DNA of 64,000 nt, from positions 20,362 through 84,361 of IMG/VR virus record IMGVR_UViG_3300042319_001922, one strand, 5' to 3'. A program made the translations under genes and the position numbers. Shown in pieces: positions 17,874-27,094 of the stretch (positions are counted from its first letter, which is position 1; each line of letters opens with the position of its first letter). The notes below the pieces were generated by a model. That model worked only from the letters and a program-made list of their open reading frames with translations. It had not been told where the DNA came from and did no database searches. The DNA is from a virus.

Positions 17874-18502
17874 TTTCTTTCCTCTATATTATAAAACCAA
17901 TCATCCCCGGCTGTCCACTTGCGTGTGCCATCCACTGTGAATATGGTCTGAGCAGCCTTGAAATCGGGGAATTTCACTGCACTGGAAATCAAACTTTGAT
18001 CATACCACAAACAACGATTGTTGGGTTGGCAAGCAAACTGCCCATTTTCCAATCGGATAAAGTTAAAGCTCTTGTGTTCTTCAGCCACTTCAGTAAAGCC
18101 TGTGTCCACATCCATGCCGTCGGCACAGAAGTCTACTGTGAACAAATAGGTTCCGTGATGCCATTCTTTGTCTTTGCCCAGGAACTTCACTCCTAAATTA
18201 CGCAGGCCTATTTTTTCAATGATAGTAAAACGATAGCCCATACAATCCCAGAGCTGTAGCGTATCTATAGGCAAATTGCCTGTGTGGTTTTCTTGCCACA
18301 CATAAGCATGAATAGGCAATTTGTCGTACAGTGCTCCGTAGTTGGGTAACAAACTTTCAATACGAAACACCTGCCCTCGCAAGGCTTTGAGACTGACCCA
18401 GATAGCGGGTTCCAATTCACCGTGACCTTTTTCAAAGTTATAAAGAAACTCACGTTTTACCCAACACTTGACAGGAGGCAATGATCCTACAATGTAACTC
18501 AT
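17870..18502 (-). CDS. Conserved hypothetical phage protein
   Basis: 210-aa ORF coupled inside the ahpC-ahpD run. Confidence 0.7.
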   Translation of the reverse strand: MSYIVGSLPPVKCWVKREFLYNFEKGHGELEPAIWVSLKALRGQVFRIESLLPNYGALYDKLPIHAYVWQENHTGNLPIDTLQLWDCMGYRFTIIEKIGLRNLGVKFLGKDKEWHHGTYLFTVDFCADGMDVDTGFTEVAEEHKSFNFIRLENGQFACQPNNRCLWYDQSLISSAVKFPDFKAAQTIFTVDGTRKWTAGDDWFYNIEERK

Positions 18503-18909
18503 TTTGTTTTCTCCGCTATTGTTTTATAACCCTTGTATGTAGGATGCACTTGATCCAGACTGGTATCATGCTTTTTAGCATCGATTACAAAATCCTTGTA
18601 CTTGTCTGCTATTGCAAGAACTGCTCGTCTTTTATCTTCTTTTATGTTAGGCACAATCCAATAAACACGATCAGCCTCAACAAGTTGCCTGATTGTATCT
18701 AATTCTTCAAATGTGTTTATCTTTGCTGTGTCGTTTGACCCTAAACTAATAATCACAGTTTTTGCTTTGGTGTTTCCTTGTGTGTATAACACATGACGAT
18801 TCACATAGTCATAACTGTTAATACCACCCTTAGCGTAAGTGGCACATTCAGTTCTAATCTGTCCTATACCAACTGCTAGGCTATCGCCTAGAATCAAACA
18901 TTCTAACAT
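18499..18909 (-). CDS. Minimal SGNH/GDSL hydrolase
   Basis: ILGDSL, SLGSND, DQVHPTYKGY. Confidence 0.8.
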   Translation of the reverse strand: MLECLILGDSLAVGIGQIRTECATYAKGGINSYDYVNRHVLYTQGNTKAKTVIISLGSNDTAKINTFEELDTIRQLVEADRVYWIVPNIKEDKRRAVLAIADKYKDFVIDAKKHDTSLDQVHPTYKGYKTIAEKTK

Positions 18910-18910
18910 G

Positions 18911-19546
18911 TTAATATTTCCCTGATGCTAAAACAATTTGGCAAATGTGTTCTAATCGTTCGATGTGCTCAAACGCACGCCATGGTGTTGTGTCAATAGC
19001 AACTACACCGTGACCCTTAATACCCACAATGTCAAAACCAATTGTTCCATCTTTTTGTAGCCACAAATTTTCATGACAACGATCAGCAAGTTCTTGACTG
19101 ATAGGTGGAACATCGCCAACGTTCTTGGCCACTCGTGTATAGCGGCTAAGTTCTGGAAAGTCATCAACAATGGTACTCAAATCAATTCCGGCGTGCATGG
19201 CTGCAACACAGTAAGTAGGATGCAGGTGAACCACCACTCTAACATCGTTACTGTGCTGTCCCATGTTCTTCTGCAAACCAAAGTGCAATGGTAGTTCACC
19301 GCTTGGCTTTAGATTAGCACTGATATCAGTATAAGGAAGCTCGATTGCAGTAGGAGTAGTGTGACTGCCATTGCTGATACCAATCTTCTTAAACTGATCA
19401 GGTTGCATGGTCTGCTTACGGACGCCACTGGGTGTGATATAAAAGTGATCACGGTCGTGATGACGAATACTCACATTGCCATCACGACTGGTAATCCAGT
19501 TGCGTCTATATGCTTCAACAAGTGTGTCGCATATAGTTTCTAACAT
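18911..19546 (-). CDS. Class II aldolase/adducin-family metalloenzyme
   Basis: DGNVS, ITPSG, PSGELPLH, HLHP, GHGVV. Confidence 0.88.
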   Translation of the reverse strand: MLETICDTLVEAYRRNWITSRDGNVSIRHHDRDHFYITPSGVRKQTMQPDQFKKIGISNGSHTTPTAIELPYTDISANLKPSGELPLHFGLQKNMGQHSNDVRVVVHLHPTYCVAAMHAGIDLSTIVDDFPELSRYTRVAKNVGDVPPISQELADRCHENLWLQKDGTIGFDIVGIKGHGVVAIDTTPWRAFEHIERLEHICQIVLASGKY

Positions 19547-20085
19547 TACAGTGTCTCGCCGCCCACTGTGCGGTTGCAAGCACACAGTTCGCCTGTTTGC
19601 AATGCGTCCAATACACGAAGCGTTTCTTCTGGGCTACGACCAACGTTCAAGTTGTTAACAGTAACGTGTTGGATTTCATTGTTTGGGTCAACAATGAATG
19701 TTGCACGAAGTGCGGCACCTGCTGGAGCATAGAATACACCCAACTGCTCAATCAAGCTCAACTCACCACGCTGTGTATCAGCAAACTGGTGGTGTGTGAT
19801 TTTACGCAAGTCATCGTGACTCTTTTGCCAGGCCACTTTGCAGAACTCATTGTCTGTTGAACCTGTTAGCAACACTGCATCACGATCAGCAAAGTCTTGT
19901 GCCAACTTGTCGTAGGCCACAATTTCTGTGGGGCAAACAAATGTGAAATCCTTGGGGTAGTACACAATTACTTTCCACTTGCCAGGGAAGCTGGTTGCGG
20001 TGATGTCATAAAATGCATCATCAGGTTGTCCGGGCTTGACGCCTGTGACTGTGAATGGGGCCAATTTATCGCCAACTGTTTTCAT
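19546..20085 (-). CDS. ahpC: 2-Cys peroxiredoxin AhpC
   Basis: YYPKDFTFVCPTEI, RATFIVDP, VGRSPEETLRVLDALQTGELCAC. Confidence 0.96.
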   Translation of the reverse strand: MKTVGDKLAPFTVTGVKPGQPDDAFYDITATSFPGKWKVIVYYPKDFTFVCPTEIVAYDKLAQDFADRDAVLLTGSTDNEFCKVAWQKSHDDLRKITHHQFADTQRGELSLIEQLGVFYAPAGAALRATFIVDPNNEIQHVTVNNLNVGRSPEETLRVLDALQTGELCACNRTVGGETL

Positions 20086-20187
20086 TTTAGTTTCCTTTGT
20101 GTTAAAATGTTGAGTCTCAGTGTTTGTACTGAATGTTTATTGTAATAGTATATATCTATGAAATCAAGTAAATCTTAGATTTTTCCT

Positions 20188-20224
20188 ATTGAATTTTTCT
20201 ATAAGGTCAATTGGAAAAATTAAT
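20188..20224 (-). promoter_or_regulatory. OxyR-type (LysR) binding site upstream of ahpC
   Basis: Minus strand ATTA-N7-CAAT-N7-ATAG-N7-CAAT versus the consensus ATAG-N7-CTAT-N7-ATAG-N7-CTAT. Confidence 0.65.
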
Positions 20225-20507
20225 ACAGCATACGAATTAACCCTATGCTGTCAATTGTGGTCAGCAGAATATAGTTAGCGAGCATGCCAAAAGATTTCCT
20301 AGTCCAACTAGCCCAAGCATACATAGAACACCCAAGAATCCAAGCGGGATAAAGAGCAAGAAGCGGTGGAGTGGGGACTGTGAGTGCCATAGTAACACTG
20401 CAACCAATGCTAATAGCCCAAGCAAGCAACTCAATAACAAAACGAATTCTGTTAGATTTAAAGTCATCTCGAATCCAATCAACGGTGGGTTTTAAAAATT
20501 CATTCAT
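20220..20507 (-). CDS. Small membrane protein (about 3 TM)
   Basis: Hydrophobic; ATGA-coupled to the upstream amidinotransferase. Confidence 0.7.
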   Translation of the reverse strand: MNEFLKPTVDWIRDDFKSNRIRFVIELLAWAISIGCSVTMALTVPTPPLLALYPAWILGCSMYAWASWTRKSFGMLANYILLTTIDSIGLIRMLY

Positions 20508-21652
20508 GTTCTGTCGGGGAAAAAATCCTGCATCACACCTTCTCGATGCAAGTCCATGGTAACACAATGTATGCCGCCATCCCAGAAATATCTATGACGG
20601 AAAGGTACTATGTGCGGAGTCATGCCATATCGGTCTAGTGCATCAAAAACTTGTTTGTTGTAGTTGAATACTATAACGTTCTTTGGGTCAATAATCAACA
20701 TGTTGACATCAAACACGGTTTCTTCAACGTACCCTGTCCAATTATCCAACCAAGTCTCTACTGTTTCCACAACATCGTTGTCGTGTTCAAATCCTGGGAT
20801 CCACCACTTGCCTTTGTTTTTCTCTTTGAGAATCATAAAAGGTTTTACTTTTTCCCAGCTTTGGTTTTCCAAATAAATCACTTCCCAGCCCGGGAATGTG
20901 TTTTTGTAAGTGGGCACATCATTGAGACTGACTATCAATCCTGGACACACTGGGCAGTATACTGCATCGCCGTGGCCACCAGTGTTGACAATATGATTGC
21001 GAGTTTTGGGGAATCTTGAATTTACAAATTTCTGTTGTTCAACAATATTGTCAGTGTAGTTTTTTGTGGCAAAATACAAATCCTTGCCAATTCGAGATAT
21101 CATTGCACCGTTGATCAGTAGGGGATTGTTTGAGTAATCAATTACTGGGTTTCCTTGCTGCCGAATATGGTCAAATATATGATCGTATCCAGACCTCTGA
21201 TTCATCCAGGCTCGTTCGCGATCAAACCCAAATTGTTGTATGCATTCAAGCCGAATACGATCAGGTAATTTATCAAAGTCCTGCCAAGTCTCGCAGTCAG
21301 GCCAGCTGGCATCACGAATAGTGTTATAGAGTTTTGCAACTGTAGTTGGCGCATAAGACTGATAAAAATCATTACCAACCATGACCATAAAATCTCGTGG
21401 GGTCATTGGCGGCGGAGTAAACTTGCCATTCACAGTTTCAATCTGCTCCGGCAAGTTGGGCCGCATCACAGTGATTCCAAAACTTTTTAATTTTTGAATA
21501 ATTGCCTGGTAGTCTTCTTCAGTTTCAATTGCAATTTTTTCAAACAAGGATCGAACATGTGGTATTTGAATCCAACTGTAAAATTCCGGAGGATAGCTTT
21601 GGCCAACCACACAGACTTTGAGTGGATCCCAGTGCTGATAAACATTATACAT
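20504..21652 (-). CDS. Amidinotransferase (pentein fold) with internal insertion
   Basis: HWDPLKVCVVG, TPRD, HGDA, C-terminal GGIHC. Confidence 0.85.
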   Translation of the reverse strand: MYNVYQHWDPLKVCVVGQSYPPEFYSWIQIPHVRSLFEKIAIETEEDYQAIIQKLKSFGITVMRPNLPEQIETVNGKFTPPPMTPRDFMVMVGNDFYQSYAPTTVAKLYNTIRDASWPDCETWQDFDKLPDRIRLECIQQFGFDRERAWMNQRSGYDHIFDHIRQQGNPVIDYSNNPLLINGAMISRIGKDLYFATKNYTDNIVEQQKFVNSRFPKTRNHIVNTGGHGDAVYCPVCPGLIVSLNDVPTYKNTFPGWEVIYLENQSWEKVKPFMILKEKNKGKWWIPGFEHDNDVVETVETWLDNWTGYVEETVFDVNMLIIDPKNVIVFNYNKQVFDALDRYGMTPHIVPFRHRYFWDGGIHCVTMDLHREGVMQDFFPDRT

Positions 21653-22667
21653 TTATAAATTTATTTGCAAAGGCATGACTAGCTAGATTTTTACCCTTGG
21701 CCTCGCACTGAATATCAAACTGTTCACTAAACTCGGCAGCCCAAGTGCTCACAGCGTCATTCCAATAAAAGTCGCTGTGTGCTCGGAGCTTTTGCTTTTT
21801 ATAACCTCTAGCAAGAAGTTCAGCAAGATCGGGTCTAGTTCCCCGATCATGGTCCACCAAAACGTCTTCGCGACTAACTGAGTAGTGAAGACCAGGACGA
21901 GTACCGCGCCAAGAGTCAATAACCCGCTTGACACGATCGTCCTGCGGGGAGATGTATTCTCCTGAGTTGATCCAGTGGTGGTGTAGATCCAATACCAGAG
22001 CCACATGCTGAGCCACAGCCAAAGTAGTGTCAAGTCCATTTGTCATCTCATCATTCTCGATGGTAATTAAGTTTCTTGCTTCGGGACTGAGCCTACCCAG
22101 TGTACGCAAGAATTTAGTGGCACCACCTTTGCCACTTAAATGTACGTTGATCTTGAATCCATGATCATGCCATGTCGAACCATAGCCCATCCAACGAGCC
22201 ATGTCTGCATGATACTCAAATTCCAAGATTGAACGTTCTACAATTTCATCTGCTTCGCTTGCCAGCACACAAAATTGCCCAGGATGAAAGGATAATCTAA
22301 CACCAAGTCTGCGAGCAGCTTCACCAACTGGTGCAAAAATTTTAGCACAATGATCTTGCACATCCTTTTGTTTCCACCAGTTGATCCACGAAGGCTCTGT
22401 ATAGCCCTGCAACATTTCGCTGCCTAGTCGTACCATGCGCAGGTGCTCAGGTAAACTGCCCACACGCTCAACCATTTTAAGTGCGGCAGAGGCATTGTGA
22501 TTCATAATGTCCCACTGGCGCTGTTCAGCTTCGTCTTTGTGCTCACGAAGCCAGCGCATTGTAGTTGATCGCCCGTTAAGGTCTCGATCTACTGCATTGA
22601 CTTTCATGCCGCCACATTCACTTGGATCATTAAGCCATTTGCAACAGAATCCAACACGAGGTACCAT
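21645..22667 (-). CDS. uvsE: UV-damage endonuclease
   Basis: RVGFCC, RLSFHPGQFCVLAS, NVHLSG, TIENDE, DLHHH, HYS, RAHSD, EAKGK. Confidence 0.92.
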   Translation of the reverse strand: MVPRVGFCCKWLNDPSECGGMKVNAVDRDLNGRSTTMRWLREHKDEAEQRQWDIMNHNASAALKMVERVGSLPEHLRMVRLGSEMLQGYTEPSWINWWKQKDVQDHCAKIFAPVGEAARRLGVRLSFHPGQFCVLASEADEIVERSILEFEYHADMARWMGYGSTWHDHGFKINVHLSGKGGATKFLRTLGRLSPEARNLITIENDEMTNGLDTTLAVAQHVALVLDLHHHWINSGEYISPQDDRVKRVIDSWRGTRPGLHYSVSREDVLVDHDRGTRPDLAELLARGYKKQKLRAHSDFYWNDAVSTWAAEFSEQFDIQCEAKGKNLASHAFANKFINV

Positions 22668-22684
22668 AGCAATTCCCGGTAAAG

Positions 22685-23242
22685 TTATTTTGTTAGTAAT
22701 TGTAACACGTTTTCCATTATATCGCAAGTGAGATTTGGCAATTCTTGGTAATGTTTACCAAGATCAACAGCGTGATCTACCAGAACGTATTGTGTAGTAG
22801 GGTTATTCTGGAACAAACTGCGCATGAGTCCATGATAATTTTGTAGTTGTTCAACTTGGTCAGATGATTCTAATTTCTGACCCAACCCAAGATCAAACCC
22901 CAACATCAGTATGATGCTGTTGGTTTGGCTGGCCAAGTGCAATGATATAATGTCATCAAATCTGTGAACTGGATGGTTGTACTCACCATCATATGCTTTG
23001 AGGCCTGGCTGGCTACCAATTTTTAGATATACATCACGAGCAACGTAAAAATTGCACACAGCATGAAATGCCTTGGAAATTAATGCATTTGCCTCAGCTG
23101 AGTCTGAGCAAACTACATTGTCTGTTTGATTGTTTTTCCAGGTGCGCCACGATCCCCAGCTGGGACCAATTGACTTGATGGCTGCTGTGTCAACCAATAT
23201 GTTTGGTTGATATGTTGATGCATATACCCAACTTATTTGCAT
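22685..23242 (-). CDS. Hypothetical protein
   Basis: Coupled ORF; IILMLGFD segment. Confidence 0.6.
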   Translation of the reverse strand: MQISWVYASTYQPNILVDTAAIKSIGPSWGSWRTWKNNQTDNVVCSDSAEANALISKAFHAVCNFYVARDVYLKIGSQPGLKAYDGEYNHPVHRFDDIISLHLASQTNSIILMLGFDLGLGQKLESSDQVEQLQNYHGLMRSLFQNNPTTQYVLVDHAVDLGKHYQELPNLTCDIMENVLQLLTK

Positions 23243-24438
23243 TATACTGCCCTTAAAGGATTCCACTGAAAGGATCCCAGGCAAACCCAAGCAAATGGTG
23301 CATCGATCTGAGGATCATTATTCAGCACTAGATCGCCACGAGTACCAGCCCAGCCCGGCACTGCATTAGAATGAGAAATTCTCCAACGGTCAATTCGTAA
23401 CTTTGGTGCTACCACAAGACCGTCTGATTCAATACTGAGGTGGCGTCCACGGTTAACACCCAAAGACAATGTGCCCGGGCGGGCCGTTCCAATGTATGCA
23501 GTGTCTTTGGCCAGCTTGCCAACAATCACGGTGGTTTCTTCGTCCCACACTGTCAGTGCCATTTCTGGGTGGTTGGTATTGATACCAACACGTTTATTAG
23601 TCACTGCAAGAGTATCATTAAATGCTGCCGGACCAGCAACATCTAGTTCTCTCAAAATTCCAAGTGCTTGTATGTTTGTGTCAGTGATTGCCGAACTCAA
23701 TTGGTTGCCAGTCACTAACGGTTGTCCATTAACAAGCACTTCAGAAAAATCAATACCTTGTGATTTACTTAATTCTAAAACCTGTACTACCAGTGACTGT
23801 TTCCAGTCCTCAGTAATTTGATTTAGAGTTTTGGCTGCGGTCTTGTCAATAACTTCGTCCCATGCTGTGTTGTCAACATTGACTACTCCGCGAACTGCAA
23901 GATTATTCACTGATAAACTGCCGCCCACTGTGATATCTTTAGTTACATCAATGTCAGTTGCCGACACTTTGTGTGCTACATTTATACCATTGTCATCAAT
24001 TGTCAATTGTAATTCTGTTGCAGTATCAGTAATACCCAGTGTTTTAAAATCTTTCTTGAACCGATCTCTCCAGCGATCAATGCCGGCGTCGATTTGACCA
24101 ACTAGCAAACTGTTAAGATCAATATTACTAATTTGTGACAGCAACCTTTGTGTCATTTGTTGATTGACTTGTGTTTCAATCTTGTTGATCCAGGCTTGGT
24201 CCAAAATCAAGTTATCAATAGTGGCAGACACCATGGTCTGTACCGCGCTATCAACAGCTTGAGTCATTGTAGAGATACTAGAAAATCTAGCAGATATTTT
24301 TTCTTCTACGAATTTAGTAATTTGTTTTTCAAGATCAGTTTGCCAATTTTTGTCAGATGTGATATCTTCAACGTGTTTATTAACTGATCGAATAAGTTCT
24401 TGTTCAACAAGCGTTGGTAATAAGTTAGGGTCAAGCAT
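23242..24438 (-). CDS. Probable virion/fibre-like protein
   Basis: Helical N-terminus, beta-rich repeats, RVGINT, C-terminal GDLVLN...WVC typical of fibre proteins. Confidence 0.5.
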   Translation of the reverse strand: MLDPNLLPTLVEQELIRSVNKHVEDITSDKNWQTDLEKQITKFVEEKISARFSSISTMTQAVDSAVQTMVSATIDNLILDQAWINKIETQVNQQMTQRLLSQISNIDLNSLLVGQIDAGIDRWRDRFKKDFKTLGITDTATELQLTIDDNGINVAHKVSATDIDVTKDITVGGSLSVNNLAVRGVVNVDNTAWDEVIDKTAAKTLNQITEDWKQSLVVQVLELSKSQGIDFSEVLVNGQPLVTGNQLSSAITDTNIQALGILRELDVAGPAAFNDTLAVTNKRVGINTNHPEMALTVWDEETTVIVGKLAKDTAYIGTARPGTLSLGVNRGRHLSIESDGLVVAPKLRIDRWRISHSNAVPGWAGTRGDLVLNNDPQIDAPFAWVCLGSFQWNPLRAV

Positions 24439-25351
24439 GGTTTCTCCATAAATCTAATGTTACACAATGGAACCCACCGCCCAGTGTGCGACTGTGTCGC
24501 AGTTCAAGAGGAACAACTTTAAACTTTGATAATTCTAACAACTTTATCAACGCTGTTTGGTGCTGGTCTACAATAACTGTATTGGGATCCACTACTAACA
24601 TATTTAAGGCAATCCACTTGCTGGCATATGGATACTGATAAAAGTCTTGTTCAACCACTTGGTCAACCCAGATCACTTCCCAATTTTTAAAACATTTGGG
24701 CAACATTTCTGTTGAAACTCTAGTGGCGTTGATTAGCACCAGGCCTTCGCGCAAAGGCACAATTGTAGAATCAATGTGTACCCCAGAGTAAAAATTACAC
24801 ATTTCTATGTCAACTTCGGGAAATTGTTGACATAACCAATTGTAGGCTGCTTTGTTGCCACTGGCTGATTCTAAAAACAACATGTTGGTTGGGCCAAGAC
24901 GTAGCACATTGGCAGCATCTAGTACTAATCCAGCACGTCTGGGCATTTCAATTATGGTGTCAGCTTCGTTGAATACGTCAGCAAGGCATTGACTCTCCAT
25001 GTCTCGGCAAGGGTACATCATGGCTGGATCAACTACTGTGGTTCCGTGTACTAGTAATCGGTCTCGGGGACAATAGTTGTACATACCATCATGAGTTTGA
25101 AAATTCATGGGGTCTGGCCTAACAACTTGCACTCCAAGCAACACAAGAGTATCGGCTAGACGCTGTAGATCTTGATTTGCTTCGTCGATTATCCAGTCGG
25201 GCACAGGCCCCGAAGGTACCGGTGTTTCTTTCCACAGTGTTTTTTCACTTTCTTTACTAAACACTGGATCATAGCGAGGCCAATTAGCAAAGGAAGCATC
25301 ACCAACCACTACCTTGCGCAGTGGATCCCATTCATTATAAGAATTAATCAT
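24431..25351 (-). CDS. Amidinotransferase (inosamine-phosphate/glycine amidinotransferase-like)
   Basis: NSYNEWDPLRKVVVG, YCPRD, DAANVLR, HIDST, LGGGFHCVTLD. Confidence 0.9.
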   Translation of the reverse strand: MINSYNEWDPLRKVVVGDASFANWPRYDPVFSKESEKTLWKETPVPSGPVPDWIIDEANQDLQRLADTLVLLGVQVVRPDPMNFQTHDGMYNYCPRDRLLVHGTTVVDPAMMYPCRDMESQCLADVFNEADTIIEMPRRAGLVLDAANVLRLGPTNMLFLESASGNKAAYNWLCQQFPEVDIEMCNFYSGVHIDSTIVPLREGLVLINATRVSTEMLPKCFKNWEVIWVDQVVEQDFYQYPYASKWIALNMLVVDPNTVIVDQHQTALIKLLELSKFKVVPLELRHSRTLGGGFHCVTLDLWRNHA

Positions 25352-25866
25352 TTGTGTCCAGTAATCTGAAGAGTGTATCTAGGAGTAGTTCCTAGATTGG
25401 CTGCCAGGTGTGGTGTATCATACGACCACTCAACAACATCTCCAGCACGCCAATTTATATAGGGTTTGCCATTGCCTTCAAAGTAATGCCCCGACTGCCA
25501 ATCTTCTAGAAATATAATTGCTCTCCGAATTGACTGTTCTTGTCCTTGAAGATTAAACAAGTCAATATATTTCAGATATAAATCACTGTGCGTAGGAAGT
25601 ATGGTGCCAGTGCCCATTCTGTAGTAACTTGTGCCAATATCTTTCCAGCCCAGTAATGTGTAAAAGTCAATAAAAAGATTGTTCCACTTTGGTTGCCGGC
25701 TACGCATATCACACATGTCACCAGTAAACTTATTGGTGTATCCTAACGACAGCCAGTTTTCGAGACTGACCGAGTCGTTGAATGTTTCGTTGATATACTC
25801 TAAGTGTTTAAATTCATCATCCCAAAAAGCAGGAATGTGATACTTAACTAACTCGTGTGTTGCCAT
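25348..25866 (-). CDS. 2OG-Fe(II) oxygenase-like protein
   Basis: LPTHSD (HxD)...PHLAAN...RYTLQITG. Confidence 0.75.
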   Translation of the reverse strand: MATHELVKYHIPAFWDDEFKHLEYINETFNDSVSLENWLSLGYTNKFTGDMCDMRSRQPKWNNLFIDFYTLLGWKDIGTSYYRMGTGTILPTHSDLYLKYIDLFNLQGQEQSIRRAIIFLEDWQSGHYFEGNGKPYINWRAGDVVEWSYDTPHLAANLGTTPRYTLQITGHK

Positions 25867-27094
25867 AATGAATCACAGTTATTCCTGGAATATTGGCAAT
25901 TTTGCGCCAGGGGTCAACAACAACTGATCCGGGTTTGATATCACAATACGGCTGGGTGTCTTCTTGATCACCGGTGTATTCGTAAGTGATTTTACGGTTG
26001 TGTGCCCAAAGAAACACAGCAGGAGTATCAACAGCAGTAACCACATCAGCAGGATCGTCAGCTAAAGGATCTACATATTTGACCTGTACTCCCAGTTGTT
26101 TGAGATAGTGTCCAACCAAAGTGCTGTAGCTGCCAATACAGTATGGCACATCGGGTTTGTAGGCTTTGCCGTGAATCACAATGGGCAAGATCTTTTGGTC
26201 CTGGGTGGCAGTGTCAAACAAAAATTTGGCAAGATTTTTTGCTTGAATTTCTCTAGCATGCATCACAGTATCAAATAGGTCGTAGCCGATGTCGTACTCT
26301 TGTGCCAGCCAACGCAGTGCAATGTTGTCACGTGGATGGCAAGCACCTGCATCGCCCATGCCAGCTGTCATGTACTTAGGCCCCATGATACGCATAGTAC
26401 TACGAGCTAGTGCATCGGTTACAACATCAACATTGATGTGACCAATTTTCATAGCAAAGTCTTGAATCATGTTGACCAAGCCAACCTTGGCGCTGATAAA
26501 TGTGTTGTAGAATATTTTAATGGCTTCGCATTCATCCCAGGTACCAATCTCATAGCGCGGATTGTTCTGCATTATGCTCTTGTAGATCTCCACAAGCTCG
26601 TTGGCCAATGCATTGGGATTGCCGTCCTCGGTTCCGATCATGATCATTTCTGGATTGACCATGTCCCACTTAACTGACCCCATGGCAATCAAATACGGAT
26701 TGTATAAAAATTGATGTTTTTTATCCAACAATGGCACAAAGTGTTTCCGAGTAGTTCCGGGTAGTACAGTGCTGATCAGCACAATCTTCTTGGGAGTTGT
26801 TGCGTGGGCATTGATTTTCTCAATAGCATCTTTAACAGCATCATGTCCAAAGTCTTTTGGAGTCATGTGACTAGATGGAACACTGCCATCATACCCTTCT
26901 TGGTGTGGGGTTGGTACTGCTATAAAGATCCAATCACTGTTGTTTATGGTGTCTTCAATGCTGCAAACTTCTACCTGGTCACTTTGTCTTGGGTAAATAT
27001 CATACCCGAAAACTTTATATTTCTCTGCAAATACTTCTGCACAATCTAGGCCAAGTTTGCCAAGACCAATAAAACCCACTTTGATATCGTTCAT
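25844..27094 (-). CDS. UDP-glucose/GDP-mannose dehydrogenase family protein
   Basis: GLGKLG, IAVPTP, STVLPGTT, EAIKIFYN, GACHPRD (catalytic Cys), GKAYKP. Confidence 0.9.
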   Translation of the reverse strand: MNDIKVGFIGLGKLGLDCAEVFAEKYKVFGYDIYPRQSDQVEVCSIEDTINNSDWIFIAVPTPHQEGYDGSVPSSHMTPKDFGHDAVKDAIEKINAHATTPKKIVLISTVLPGTTRKHFVPLLDKKHQFLYNPYLIAMGSVKWDMVNPEMIMIGTEDGNPNALANELVEIYKSIMQNNPRYEIGTWDECEAIKIFYNTFISAKVGLVNMIQDFAMKIGHINVDVVTDALARSTMRIMGPKYMTAGMGDAGACHPRDNIALRWLAQEYDIGYDLFDTVMHAREIQAKNLAKFLFDTATQDQKILPIVIHGKAYKPDVPYCIGSYSTLVGHYLKQLGVQVKYVDPLADDPADVVTAVDTPAVFLWAHNRKITYEYTGDQEDTQPYCDIKPGSVVVDPWRKIANIPGITVIHYGNTRVS

